Positions 47,801-57,000 of a stretch of 64,000 bases of DNA are shown here, in pieces. The DNA is taken from positions 17,288 to 81,287 of IMG/VR virus record IMGVR_UViG_3300033153_004222, one strand, 5' to 3'. The first letter of the stretch is position 1. Each line of letters opens with the position of its first letter. The position numbers were made by a program, and so were the translations under genes. The stretch is from a virus. The notes under the pieces are model-generated. The model was not told where the DNA came from. It did not search any database and was given only the letters and a program-made list of their open reading frames with translations.

Positions 47801-48253
47801 TCCTTTATTTCTTTCTTGTAATTCTTTTTGTTGTTGTCTGTAAACATCTTCATCCATATCGCCTTGAAGTGCTTCTAAAGCTGATTGATTTTTTTCATAA
47901 GCAGCTGTCCATCCTGCAATAGAATTTAATTCATCATCATTTTTTGCCTGATTACCTAATATTTGAATCTTTCTATATTTTTCTCCTGTACTAAGATCTC
48001 CTTGTGCATTTATTGCATCTATTTGACTATTATAATGCTTACTTCTTTCTGCGAGTATAGCTGCATCATGATCATTAGAAGCCAATGTTCCAGATAAACT
48101 ATCTTGTAACTTTGTTTGTTTATTAGCTAATTTATCTAATTGTTGATTCTTCCATTTCTTATCCTGCAGCAGTTGTGCATAAGGAATAGGATTTGCCCTT
48201 GGCATCATTAATGCTCCCGGTGCTAAAAATTGATATTTCGGTTGATACGGCAT
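44828..48253 (-). CDS. large ejection/cargo protein
   Basis: 1141 aa, helical, immediately upstream of the RNAP, at the position of Crassvirales ejection proteins. Confidence 0.7.
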   Translation of the reverse strand: MPYQPKYQFLAPGALMMPRANPIPYAQLLQDKKWKNQQLDKLANKQTKLQDSLSGTLASNDHDAAILAERSKHYNSQIDAINAQGDLSTGEKYRKIQILGNQAKNDDELNSIAGWTAAYEKNQSALEALQGDMDEDVYRQQQKELQERNKGGIGTRTGTNADFKSYNKWSDTKAISTPKFTEDVKGFLTGMKADKMVEAKVAADGTKTYLFKDKFPYYHKLTKKEVTEKELEDIAQKYVMASDKYNKFFTAKDKGAEIAFRASESEKIKANNLGISDDDLAVKLDASVDAQRAKHNGTIYDKEQYIDTRIAPVSPLLAFKDETVSMHSNLQGKKSGKTTHPNVIIDPVVAPTVHRVNEKTGIKSKDQVFTSKEQVIQAQGTAHTKLMELETVKNEILNGTSTLNTDEQEKRLISYALAEAEYSNIKGIESQFLTNLEKTHPEFADAVRGYKTAKEKGLIDPHTHEIKPFAGKKYAFIDKNGETTMKSYDEFQADYVGLFDMFKGGNPYNEDHNLIAVVDDKNMAVDPNNPESVMQQQNAESMYNMYKDSIEAQTGKTFTQDEFDTFLKDTKTLLYDDASNKSQTDISAYTSLNQVYAERHPDSEQFILHNGGRKLTGKEREKQLKTYETHLKLYKNSGAFLEPEVFERLTKNGIGNTELGFLNSSSTQEQKNALRDAAIAAGGDPKTITMMQDMFLSRLTETGGDMNDILRMGIEKNLKTVTDQMDDYLLNNETTSGSAANMYFEVKRPADLGKSADLRKYNQHIQKYQDAVDHVNNSLASFVVTDATGKELTPEEMEKLSIDVTDITGIALDDIGISGEQVLPIQVNATVKTFKSNGEEKGTKENQQYTIYSKRSSNQSLYDGLHSFITDSEFAKDDTGADVDIDPKTPGVQKQKQYYIKDDASSMGARDYAASLLVQSKDIDRQFEVAANNMNAGTNTTNTSAFQFHFVNLNDPFGAKNKTNPHSIAAKLAPANHQIQFTKTGTNVNPQFAFNEIQGNPLYSMYDNMTATMKEQYEGTEMYDDFEKALEDLTVDDVRGALKNKVIMSDPSLSNAILGMWQLKMAQKEFKKNNFKKEFSDMSKAKEYLKNVQQQYADADKLFRGVRQTSDMARAGEILISLSVKGDDFSTETRQYTQTNP

Positions 48254-48268
48254 ATATTATAAATTTTA

Positions 48269-51200
48269 TTAACCCATTCCCATTCCTGTTCCCATCAAAG
48301 CTGATCCAGCATCACTTAAAAAGTTTCCTACTCCAGCATAACCAGAACGAGTTTGCATATCTCGTAGATCTTGTTCTCCTTTATTTAATTCTGCAAGATA
48401 TTGATCATAATCTCTTTGTTGTTGTCCAAACTGATTATAAGCAGCTGATTGTTGTCCCCACATTCCTGCTTGTTGTCCTGCAATTGCTGCATCTGTTTTA
48501 CCAAGATCTGCAACTCCTGCTGCTTGTTTCAGTTTAACATTTTGATCGTACTCAGCTTTTTGAGATTCCAGTTTGTTTAAATTAGCAACTTGTTGTCCAC
48601 CAAAATTTTGAGCATTAGCCATCATTTCGGCTCTACTTCCGGCTCCTCCTCGTAACATATCCATTTGAGTTGCTGATACACTTTTAACATCTGCTCTTTG
48701 TTGAGATATATCTAAATCTTTTAAACCTTTAAATATTTGTCTTGCATATTCAGAGTCTTGGTCCCAATTAGCTGTCATATCTTCAATACTCTTTCCTTGT
48801 TTTGCAAGAGCATCTAATACTTGTTGTTTTTGTCCATGTGGTAAAGATTCCCATTCATGCGGATCTTTAGCTCCCTGAACAAAATCATATATAGTAGTTG
48901 GGATAGAAGACATTGCTCCTACACCTGCCCCTACTGCTGATAGATTACTCATACCTCCTGAGTCAAATTGTCTAATAGAGCCGCCAAAAGCAGCCATACT
49001 TGTATGATCTGGTCTTAAAGAAGGATACTCTGAATAGACATTAGATGCTATTTGATCAGGATTATTTGAATGTCCTCTAAGTTTAAGAGCTGATTCTCCC
49101 CTTGCCAAAGTATTAATAGGATATGTTCCATGAGGACCTGCAAATTTACTAACACCAGGATACTTACCTGCATTAGACATTCCAGGTTGTTTTCTTATGG
49201 AAGAAAGATTATCTGTTCCAGTTTCATGTTGAGGTAAAAATCCTCCCATTTTCATCATTTGAGAAAGACCTAATACATCATCATTATTAGCCTCTGCAGA
49301 GCCAGATTCAAGATGTTCTGTTTCACTTGGAGCAAGTTTACCTCCGTGTGCATACACAGTAGAAGGATAAAGTTTGCCTCCTTTAGCATATCCAAAGCCA
49401 GTTCCACCGCCTCCTGTACCACTACCCCAATCCCAAGTAGAGCCAGAAGTATTAATATCTATAACTTCATTTCCAAAACTTGTATTATCTGTAACAGCTG
49501 GTTGCATTTGATTTGGATCCATTTCATATTGTTCGGGATTCAAAGACTCTGTATGTTTTGCTGCATCCTCAAATCCATATTTACTATCTTTCTTCTTTTT
49601 CTTTTTGTCTTCCTCTGGTTTTTGGAATCTTGCATGTTGATCTCCTTCTGCATAGAAACCTAACATAGGATTTACATAACCTGAACCTTGATATCCTCCA
49701 TAAGGAAATGTAGGTATAGGGCCTCCATTCTGCATTGGAGGAGCCCCCATTGCCATAGGGGCAAGTTTCATAGCCATGGCCATTTTATCTTCTTTAGAAG
49801 AACCGCCTCCTCCACCGGAGTTACCGGAAGTTGGTTTATTTTTATCCTCATCTTCTTTCTCTTGATAAAAATCTATAAGAGGATTTGTATAACCACCTGG
49901 ACCAAACGAAGGAATAAATCCTCCATTTGCTAATTTGAAATCTCTTCGTAATGTAGCCCCAGGATTAAAATCTCTTCTATACCAAGGCATTTTACTTTTT
50001 TCTGCTCGTATATCATCGGCCATTTCATTAGAATTTTGTAGCTTTTTTGCATGGGCCTCTTCTGCTTCATCTCTTTTTCTTTGTTTCTTTGCCATTCTTT
50101 TTTCTTTAGCCGTTAATTCTTTTTCTACTTTAGGAAGAACTAATTCTCTTGGTTCTGCTGGGTTGTCTATAACGACAGGTTGAAGTTCCTGTAGTTCTAC
50201 TCTTTCCATTGATTGTTTGTATTTAGGATTCATTTTCATTCCTCCTGCATATCTATATTTTTTACTTTGTTTTGTAAAGTTAATATTCCCATCATCATCT
50301 TTTTTAGCTTTAGTTCCTAAAAGTTCATTTGATTCTGGATCATAGTACATTTTAGATGTAACATATGTATGTCCTCCTCCTGAAGGATTTTTTCTATTTC
50401 CACCAGACAATTCGTAATAAGATCCAAACTCATCTTTACCAGTACCAGTTATTATATCAGTATGAGATTCATATCTTTTTCCTGCTCTTTTGCTTAATTT
50501 TTCAAAGTCTTCTCCTTGAGCACTTCCTCTTCCTCTAAATAGAATATCTCCTACATCAAAGCTGGTATGTTGAGTTGCTTCATTAGAATCTTCATATGAA
50601 AAAGGAGTAGCTCTATACATATTATACTTATAATCATCATTTTTATTTGTTTTAAAAGCATCTCCTATATAAGTAGAATGACGAAAAGAAGGTCTAAATC
50701 CTAAAGCATTCATTTCCTCTTTAGTTTTTCCTCCAAACAAACCATCACTAACTAAATTACTTACAGTAACAGCACTCCAAGCCGCCTCTTTTCCATAAGG
50801 ATATCCAGAAACTCCTTTATTATAAGGACTCCAGAAACTTTGTACTGTATCAGTAACCGCTTCATTATATTGCCCATAATGCTTTCCAGTTTCGGGATCT
50901 GTAAATTCTTCCTGCATATCTGCAGAATACTCACTTAATCCTTCTTGATCATAATAAACCTTTTCTACTTCTTTCTTTTTTATATCCTCTCCTGGTTCTA
51001 CAACAGTTTCTTCAGTAGTTAAAATTTCTTCAGTAGGAGTGTCTACTTCTGTAGATTCTTGCTCTAATTCTTCTGTAGGAGGGATATGCATACTTGGATG
51101 TTGATCTGCTTGGGCATACATATCTACCATTGGATTTTGATATCCACCTCCTTGTCCTCCCTGTGCTTGATACGGGACATACCCCATTCCTGCGGCATGT

Positions 51201-53989
51201 TGTGGGATCATTCCACCATAAGGCATCATCATTCTTGCTGCTTTTCGTTTAAGATATCCTACACCAGCTTCCTTCATTAGAGCCTCTGCTTCAGTTCCGG
51301 TTATATTTGCCTCTTTAAGATATTTTTTCAAAGCCCAAAAATTCATATCTCCTTGTCCTCCTTTTTCTGGTTCTCCATGAGATCTTTTTGAAACATCAAT
51401 ATTAAAATCTTTAACTATTTGATTTCCAAACTCTGGATCTTCTTTTAACTGGTCTTGCAAATATTTTGAAGCTTTTTTATAAGCAACTGTATCTAATATT
51501 CCAGGGTTCTCTGAAACCATTTTTGCAATTTCAGGATTCATTCTTCCCATAGCATCTTTTTCAAATACAGTTTCTTTTTCTCCTTCAATAGAACCAAGAA
51601 CCTTATTTGCCAATCCTTTTACTTCTTGTATATCTTTTTGATGGATATTAGGATTGTGTTTAGGAATATCTCCTCCAGAGTGGAACATAGGAGCACTTAT
51701 GCCTCCTACAGGTATTCCGCCTCCAAATGAAGGAAAAGAAGGAAGGGACCACCTGCCATTTTCTGATCTTCTATTTTCTCGATCAGCTCGTCTTTCTTCT
51801 CTTCTGTCCTGGCGTTCTTCTTTTTTTAAATGTCTTTTTAACTTTCTCTCTCCTTTTCTAAGAGCTCTTTTTTCTTTCTTAGTAAGATCATCTGATTCCT
51901 CATCTTTTGGGATGTACATATTTCCCCAATTTATGCGAGGCCTATATCCTCCTCCTTGTCTATGTCCTGATTCTTGGCGTTCTAACCTTTTGTCTTGTAT
52001 TTGTCCCACGGTCATTCCTGCTTCACTTGCCGAACCTCCTGGGCCGCCAGGAGTAGATAGTTCTAAACCAGGATACTGAGGATCAGGAACAATTATTGTT
52101 CCGGGTGGTGGTGGATTTGTTATAGGATTAGGAGCATTGTAGGGTAAACCTTGTGCATTAAGAGGTTGTCCAGCTCCTCCTGTAGGAGATGGTGCTGCAA
52201 TTGGTCCTCCTGGACCTCCTCCGCCTCCTAAATCAACTCCTCCTTCATGTTGGGGTATCATACCTCCATAAGGAAAAGAAATTCCTGCATTCAATCTTAA
52301 CTGATTTTTTAATCTGTTCCCTGCCTCATCTGTTCTTTGTTGATTTTGTATTTTATAAGATCCTCCTAAATATGCCTTATAATTAGGATCTCCTTTACCA
52401 ATAACTTTGTTAAAAGTAAAAGTACTTCCATCATTCTTTTTAGTACTAAATCCAAGGTTTAAATCTCCTGAACTTAATTTTCTTACATAATCTATATTTA
52501 TAGAAGGATCAATTCCTGGTTCAGTTTTAGGAGTTCCAGATATATTTATTCTATTTTTATCAGAAGACTTAGGAGTTTTTAAATACTTAGGGGCATCAGG
52601 ATCTGGATCAGGAGGTATAACAGTTCCTGTTCCATGTTGAGGAATAAAACCTCCATAAGCTAATTGGCTTTTCTTTTTATCAAAATCATCTCCTTCAAAT
52701 CCTTTTCCTACTTTATTCATGTGTATTTGGGACATCTTACCTCTTACAGTATTGGTATTACCTTGAATATCAACATAAGTTCTATTTTTAAAATCAGGTA
52801 AATACCCTCCAAAAGCACTCATTGGAAGAGCTTGATCTGGAGGAGCAGGTGCCATTGCCATAGGTCCTTCGCCTGGAGCAGCTACCATTCCTTGTTCTTG
52901 AGCAATAGCTTGATCCAATGCCATCTGTTTTGTAGCAGGTTCAGTATCTATACCTTTTTCCTTTTTCATTTGCTCCTGCATTGTAAACAACTGATCTAAT
53001 TCTGTATGATATTTATCAGACATTATTTGAGCTGTTTTTCTTCCAATAGGTTCAGAAGCATTATTATTTAAAGTTTCTTCATACTTACCTATTTTCTTTA
53101 AGAGTTTTTCAGATTCTTCTGCAAAATTCTTACCTGTATCAGGATTTTTAAGTCTTTTTGAAAATACTCTTCCATCTGAAGAAGAGGAAGTAGACATTTT
53201 AACACCTGAATTGGGATCTCTGGAATCTGGACCATGATCTGGACCTTCTATTTTAGCTCCTTCTTCAGAGAGATAATTAATATTGCCCCCAGGGCCATGC
53301 TGCATCATTCCTCTGCTCTGAACTACTTCTCCTCCTTCTACTTCAAATTCAGCTTTATCTATATCTCCTCCCTGTGCATATTGTCTTTTATGTCCTCCAC
53401 ATTTCTTACAACAAGAACCTCCCATTTTAAAAGTAGGGATCCTTCCTCCGTAAGCCATTGCTCCTCCTACAGCTTCTTCTCTATCACATTCACATAAATT
53501 AAATTTAGATTGTGCTTCTAAAGATGTCATTTCTGGTCCTGCTGCTTCAACTGGAACTTCTTCTCCAGTTTCAGGATCTGTTTGAAATTTACTTCCAATT
53601 GCTCCTCCTGCTTTTGCCCCTAAAGCGGCACCAGCCGGTCCTGCTACAAGAAAACCTCCAACACCACCTACCACAGTACCTATTGTTGATGCATTTCTTC
53701 CTAACCATTCTCCAAATCCGTGTTGAGGAATTCTTCCTCCATAGGCAAAAGCCATTTCTTTTTTGTATACATCGTATTCTTTTGGATATTTAGATGCTAA
53801 TAAATTATCATTTATCATTCCTCCCTGTGCAAAAGTAGAAGTACCTGGCTGCATAGGATCATATAACATCTGCTGTCTTTGATAATTCTCTTCAAGACCA
53901 GCTTGTTGTCCTGGTAAGGAAGCATCCATACCTCCTTGCATAGGTTGATTCAATTGATCTCCAAATGCTTTCTGTGATAGTGTTTTCAT
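48269..53989 (-). CDS. large internal/cargo protein with repeated xxGGxIP motifs and a DUF2272-like hydrolase domain
   Basis: 1906 aa; EVEGGEV...GPDH motif; about 15 GG motifs; WSA...H.TYI...VGDILF...SHTDII...SGGN; Gly-rich hydrophobic segments. Confidence 0.7.
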   Translation of the reverse strand: MKTLSQKAFGDQLNQPMQGGMDASLPGQQAGLEENYQRQQMLYDPMQPGTSTFAQGGMINDNLLASKYPKEYDVYKKEMAFAYGGRIPQHGFGEWLGRNASTIGTVVGGVGGFLVAGPAGAALGAKAGGAIGSKFQTDPETGEEVPVEAAGPEMTSLEAQSKFNLCECDREEAVGGAMAYGGRIPTFKMGGSCCKKCGGHKRQYAQGGDIDKAEFEVEGGEVVQSRGMMQHGPGGNINYLSEEGAKIEGPDHGPDSRDPNSGVKMSTSSSSDGRVFSKRLKNPDTGKNFAEESEKLLKKIGKYEETLNNNASEPIGRKTAQIMSDKYHTELDQLFTMQEQMKKEKGIDTEPATKQMALDQAIAQEQGMVAAPGEGPMAMAPAPPDQALPMSAFGGYLPDFKNRTYVDIQGNTNTVRGKMSQIHMNKVGKGFEGDDFDKKKSQLAYGGFIPQHGTGTVIPPDPDPDAPKYLKTPKSSDKNRINISGTPKTEPGIDPSINIDYVRKLSSGDLNLGFSTKKNDGSTFTFNKVIGKGDPNYKAYLGGSYKIQNQQRTDEAGNRLKNQLRLNAGISFPYGGMIPQHEGGVDLGGGGGPGGPIAAPSPTGGAGQPLNAQGLPYNAPNPITNPPPPGTIIVPDPQYPGLELSTPGGPGGSASEAGMTVGQIQDKRLERQESGHRQGGGYRPRINWGNMYIPKDEESDDLTKKEKRALRKGERKLKRHLKKEERQDRREERRADRENRRSENGRWSLPSFPSFGGGIPVGGISAPMFHSGGDIPKHNPNIHQKDIQEVKGLANKVLGSIEGEKETVFEKDAMGRMNPEIAKMVSENPGILDTVAYKKASKYLQDQLKEDPEFGNQIVKDFNIDVSKRSHGEPEKGGQGDMNFWALKKYLKEANITGTEAEALMKEAGVGYLKRKAARMMMPYGGMIPQHAAGMGYVPYQAQGGQGGGYQNPMVDMYAQADQHPSMHIPPTEELEQESTEVDTPTEEILTTEETVVEPGEDIKKKEVEKVYYDQEGLSEYSADMQEEFTDPETGKHYGQYNEAVTDTVQSFWSPYNKGVSGYPYGKEAAWSAVTVSNLVSDGLFGGKTKEEMNALGFRPSFRHSTYIGDAFKTNKNDDYKYNMYRATPFSYEDSNEATQHTSFDVGDILFRGRGSAQGEDFEKLSKRAGKRYESHTDIITGTGKDEFGSYYELSGGNRKNPSGGGHTYVTSKMYYDPESNELLGTKAKKDDDGNINFTKQSKKYRYAGGMKMNPKYKQSMERVELQELQPVVIDNPAEPRELVLPKVEKELTAKEKRMAKKQRKRDEAEEAHAKKLQNSNEMADDIRAEKSKMPWYRRDFNPGATLRRDFKLANGGFIPSFGPGGYTNPLIDFYQEKEDEDKNKPTSGNSGGGGGSSKEDKMAMAMKLAPMAMGAPPMQNGGPIPTFPYGGYQGSGYVNPMLGFYAEGDQHARFQKPEEDKKKKKKDSKYGFEDAAKHTESLNPEQYEMDPNQMQPAVTDNTSFGNEVIDINTSGSTWDWGSGTGGGGTGFGYAKGGKLYPSTVYAHGGKLAPSETEHLESGSAEANNDDVLGLSQMMKMGGFLPQHETGTDNLSSIRKQPGMSNAGKYPGVSKFAGPHGTYPINTLARGESALKLRGHSNNPDQIASNVYSEYPSLRPDHTSMAAFGGSIRQFDSGGMSNLSAVGAGVGAMSSIPTTIYDFVQGAKDPHEWESLPHGQKQQVLDALAKQGKSIEDMTANWDQDSEYARQIFKGLKDLDISQQRADVKSVSATQMDMLRGGAGSRAEMMANAQNFGGQQVANLNKLESQKAEYDQNVKLKQAAGVADLGKTDAAIAGQQAGMWGQQSAAYNQFGQQQRDYDQYLAELNKGEQDLRDMQTRSGYAGVGNFLSDAGSALMGTGMGMG

Positions 53990-54006
53990 ATCATTGGGGT
54001 TAATTT

Positions 54007-54017
54007 GTAAAGATACA
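54007..54017 (-). promoter_or_regulatory. possible -7 promoter element TGTATCTTTAC upstream of the cargo/RNAP genes
   Basis: The same 11-mer as the promoter element at 18225-18235, in the intergenic gap before ORF 53989. Confidence 0.4.
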
Positions 54018-54046
54018 GCTTTTATATGTTTTATTAATTGGCATAG

Positions 54047-57000
54047 TTATCTTGGTGAAAATCTATAAAATGTTTTTAAGTAATGTAATAAAAATCTTCT
54101 GTTATTTGTATTATCTAATTTTAGATTAATTGTCATAGTTTTATCTCTAAGACGAGGCTTAAAAGTAGCTAATGGATTTAAATTAGCAGGATCAAAGATA
54201 TCTACATTCGGTCCAACCAATTGACTAACTGCATTTCTTGCTACATCTAATTGCCATTCTCTTTCAACTCTTTTTACTATATCTCCTGGCAAACTAAGAG
54301 CTATCCAATCGGTATTTTGAAAATCTGTATAAAATCTAACAGTATCAAATGTTTCTTCAGTTATATTTCTTGGAGGATTTGCATCATGGGACCATACCTC
54401 AGAATGATAACTAACATTATCAAAAACTTTTGTAACTCCTTTAGAGTCGTTTATTGCTAACTCTATCGAGGAGTCAAATAAATTTTCATAGAATTTACAA
54501 TATTCACCAGAGTTATGCTTATATATCTGATCCCTATCCAGAGGTTTAGGAGAAAGTACATGAGTACCATCATTAATATATATAGGAGGGGTATGAGAAT
54601 AAAAACCAGTATAGATATCATACGCTTCATTGTATACAACTGTAACTTTATTACTATTATACGAATATAAGAAAGGAATTCTATATTCTACTGCACCTGG
54701 ATTTGCAAGAATAACTGTTATTACTAAATAGGCAAATATTCCTTCTGCTGTCATATTTTGAGTGCCGTTAGGGAGTAAAGCTACATTTAAATCTATTCCT
54801 GCTCCAGGAGCCCAATTAGTATAGGGCCAGGGCATACCTGATATCTGCATATAAAAATAACTTCCAGAAGCACCTATATCTTCAACAATAAATTGAAATG
54901 GAGATCCAAAAATCTCTGCTTGAAGAATAGATCCTATTTTTACATTTGATTCGTCTAAACAAGTATCGGAAACTCTAATGGCAAACCATTTAAATCCAGG
55001 TTGAAATTCAAATATATCAAATACCGCATCTTCACATACAGCATTTAAAGAAAAATTATTTAATGTAATCCATACTTCATTAAATTTCCTATCCCACGTA
55101 GATGTAATGCCTTGATTCATAATAGGATTATCATTTGTTAAGATAGCTCCTTGAATCTTATCTGTAAACCAAGGGGCCATTCCTCCTGCTAAACTAACCG
55201 GAAGCAAAGATTGCCCTTTAATTGCATACATCTGTTTTGAATAAATATCTATAAAAAATAGATTATCATTAGAAGCAACTGGCATCCATTGATGAAAACA
55301 GCCTATCTCTGTAGAGATATAATTAAAATCATGGAGAATATTTCCATATCCCATTTGAATTTGTCCTGCTGCAAGAGTACTTACAGCTGCACTTGGATTA
55401 ATTAATAAAAATCCACATCCATGATCTTGAAAAAAGAAATTTTGACCAGAATAAGATATTAATTTATTTATAGGACCTAAACTTCCTTCTACATCTAAAT
55501 AAGTACCTATATCCCATTGTCGCCATTGATCTACTAATTCTCCGTTTATTTTTGCATTAGAAGCTCTAACTCTGTTATCAAATTCTTCTATCAAAGGAAC
55601 ACCTACAGGTCTACCTAAAAAGAAAACATAATCTTGCTCTCTGTCATATAAATATTCTAATTCATAAGTATCAAATAAATAGGCAGCATCTGTAGCAGGT
55701 GGATATGTTCCTGCTGGTTCTGCTTTATTTAAAAGATGTCTTCCTGTTCTTAAATTGGTATTTAAAGTTGATAAAAGAGGAAAAACCATTCCATCTCTTG
55801 CTGCATCTGCATTAGCAGCTACAGGTTCTCCTCCATCTACTCTTGTCCAATCATATTCTAAATGATAGATATCACCTCCAAATACTTCAAATTCAGTAGT
55901 AGGTTGCGTAGGATCAATAATAGAAATATATCCTGCTGTTTTTATATAAAGATTATTAGATCTATTTTGTTGCGTATTGCCTCCATATTGTTCTTCTACA
56001 TGTCGTTCATATGTAACTAATAAAGGTTCTCCATAAAATCCTCCCGCTCCAAAAATAATACTCATATCATCACAATCTAAAGTCATAAACACACATTGAC
56101 ATCCATCAAGTTGTTCTTCAGGAGTTCCAGATGTATAAGAAATTTGAGGAATAGTAGCATTTCTAAACTTAGTAGGACCACTCATAGTAGGAATATTAGA
56201 AATTTGTTCTCCTGCATCTACTTCTCTTGCAAAAGTTATTTCTATTGTTTTTCTACTATTACATCTCATAAAATCTCCAGTACTATCTTGTTCATCTCCA
56301 TAATTAGCATTTACATTTGCTAAAAACTTACCATAATTCATGGTATCAAATGCATAAACTCTTAGATTATCAGGACCAACAGGAAAAGCAGGATCTGGAT
56401 AAAAGAAAGGAGGGGATTGGGGATCAGGCGAATATCTATATAACCAATTTAGGTCATTAGCATATTCAATACGAAGTCTATCTCCTATAGTAAATCCAAT
56501 ATCTTCTTTAAATTGAAATTCAGGACTATAAACAACTAAAGATTTTTTTACTCTTTTAATAGGATCTATTGTATCAACTTCATAACCTATTCCTCTTCCT
56601 GTTGCAGGGGGTGATCCAAAAGGATCCCATTCCCATATATCTCCTGGCTGATTATCAGCTGGATTATTAAAAACACTTCCTTTTTTTGGCAAAAGATAAA
56701 GTTCTTCATCATACGGTGATGCAGGATTAGCGAGAGTATCTGCAACTCCTTGTGTTACTTTAGTTTTGTCTGCTGATTCTCTTTTTACTCTTACTATTTC
56801 ATAACCACTAATTCCATCTATAATATCAGGAGGAATAGTAACTGTAAATTTTAAACCTAAATTATTTAACGCATAACAAGATTGATTTTGAAGAGGAGTT
56901 CCTTCGGCAGTACTATTATTATTTCTTGGGGTTAGCATATCAAAATTTAAACTTTCATACCCAGGACTTGGATTTTGAACTTTAGTTTCATTTGGTGCTG

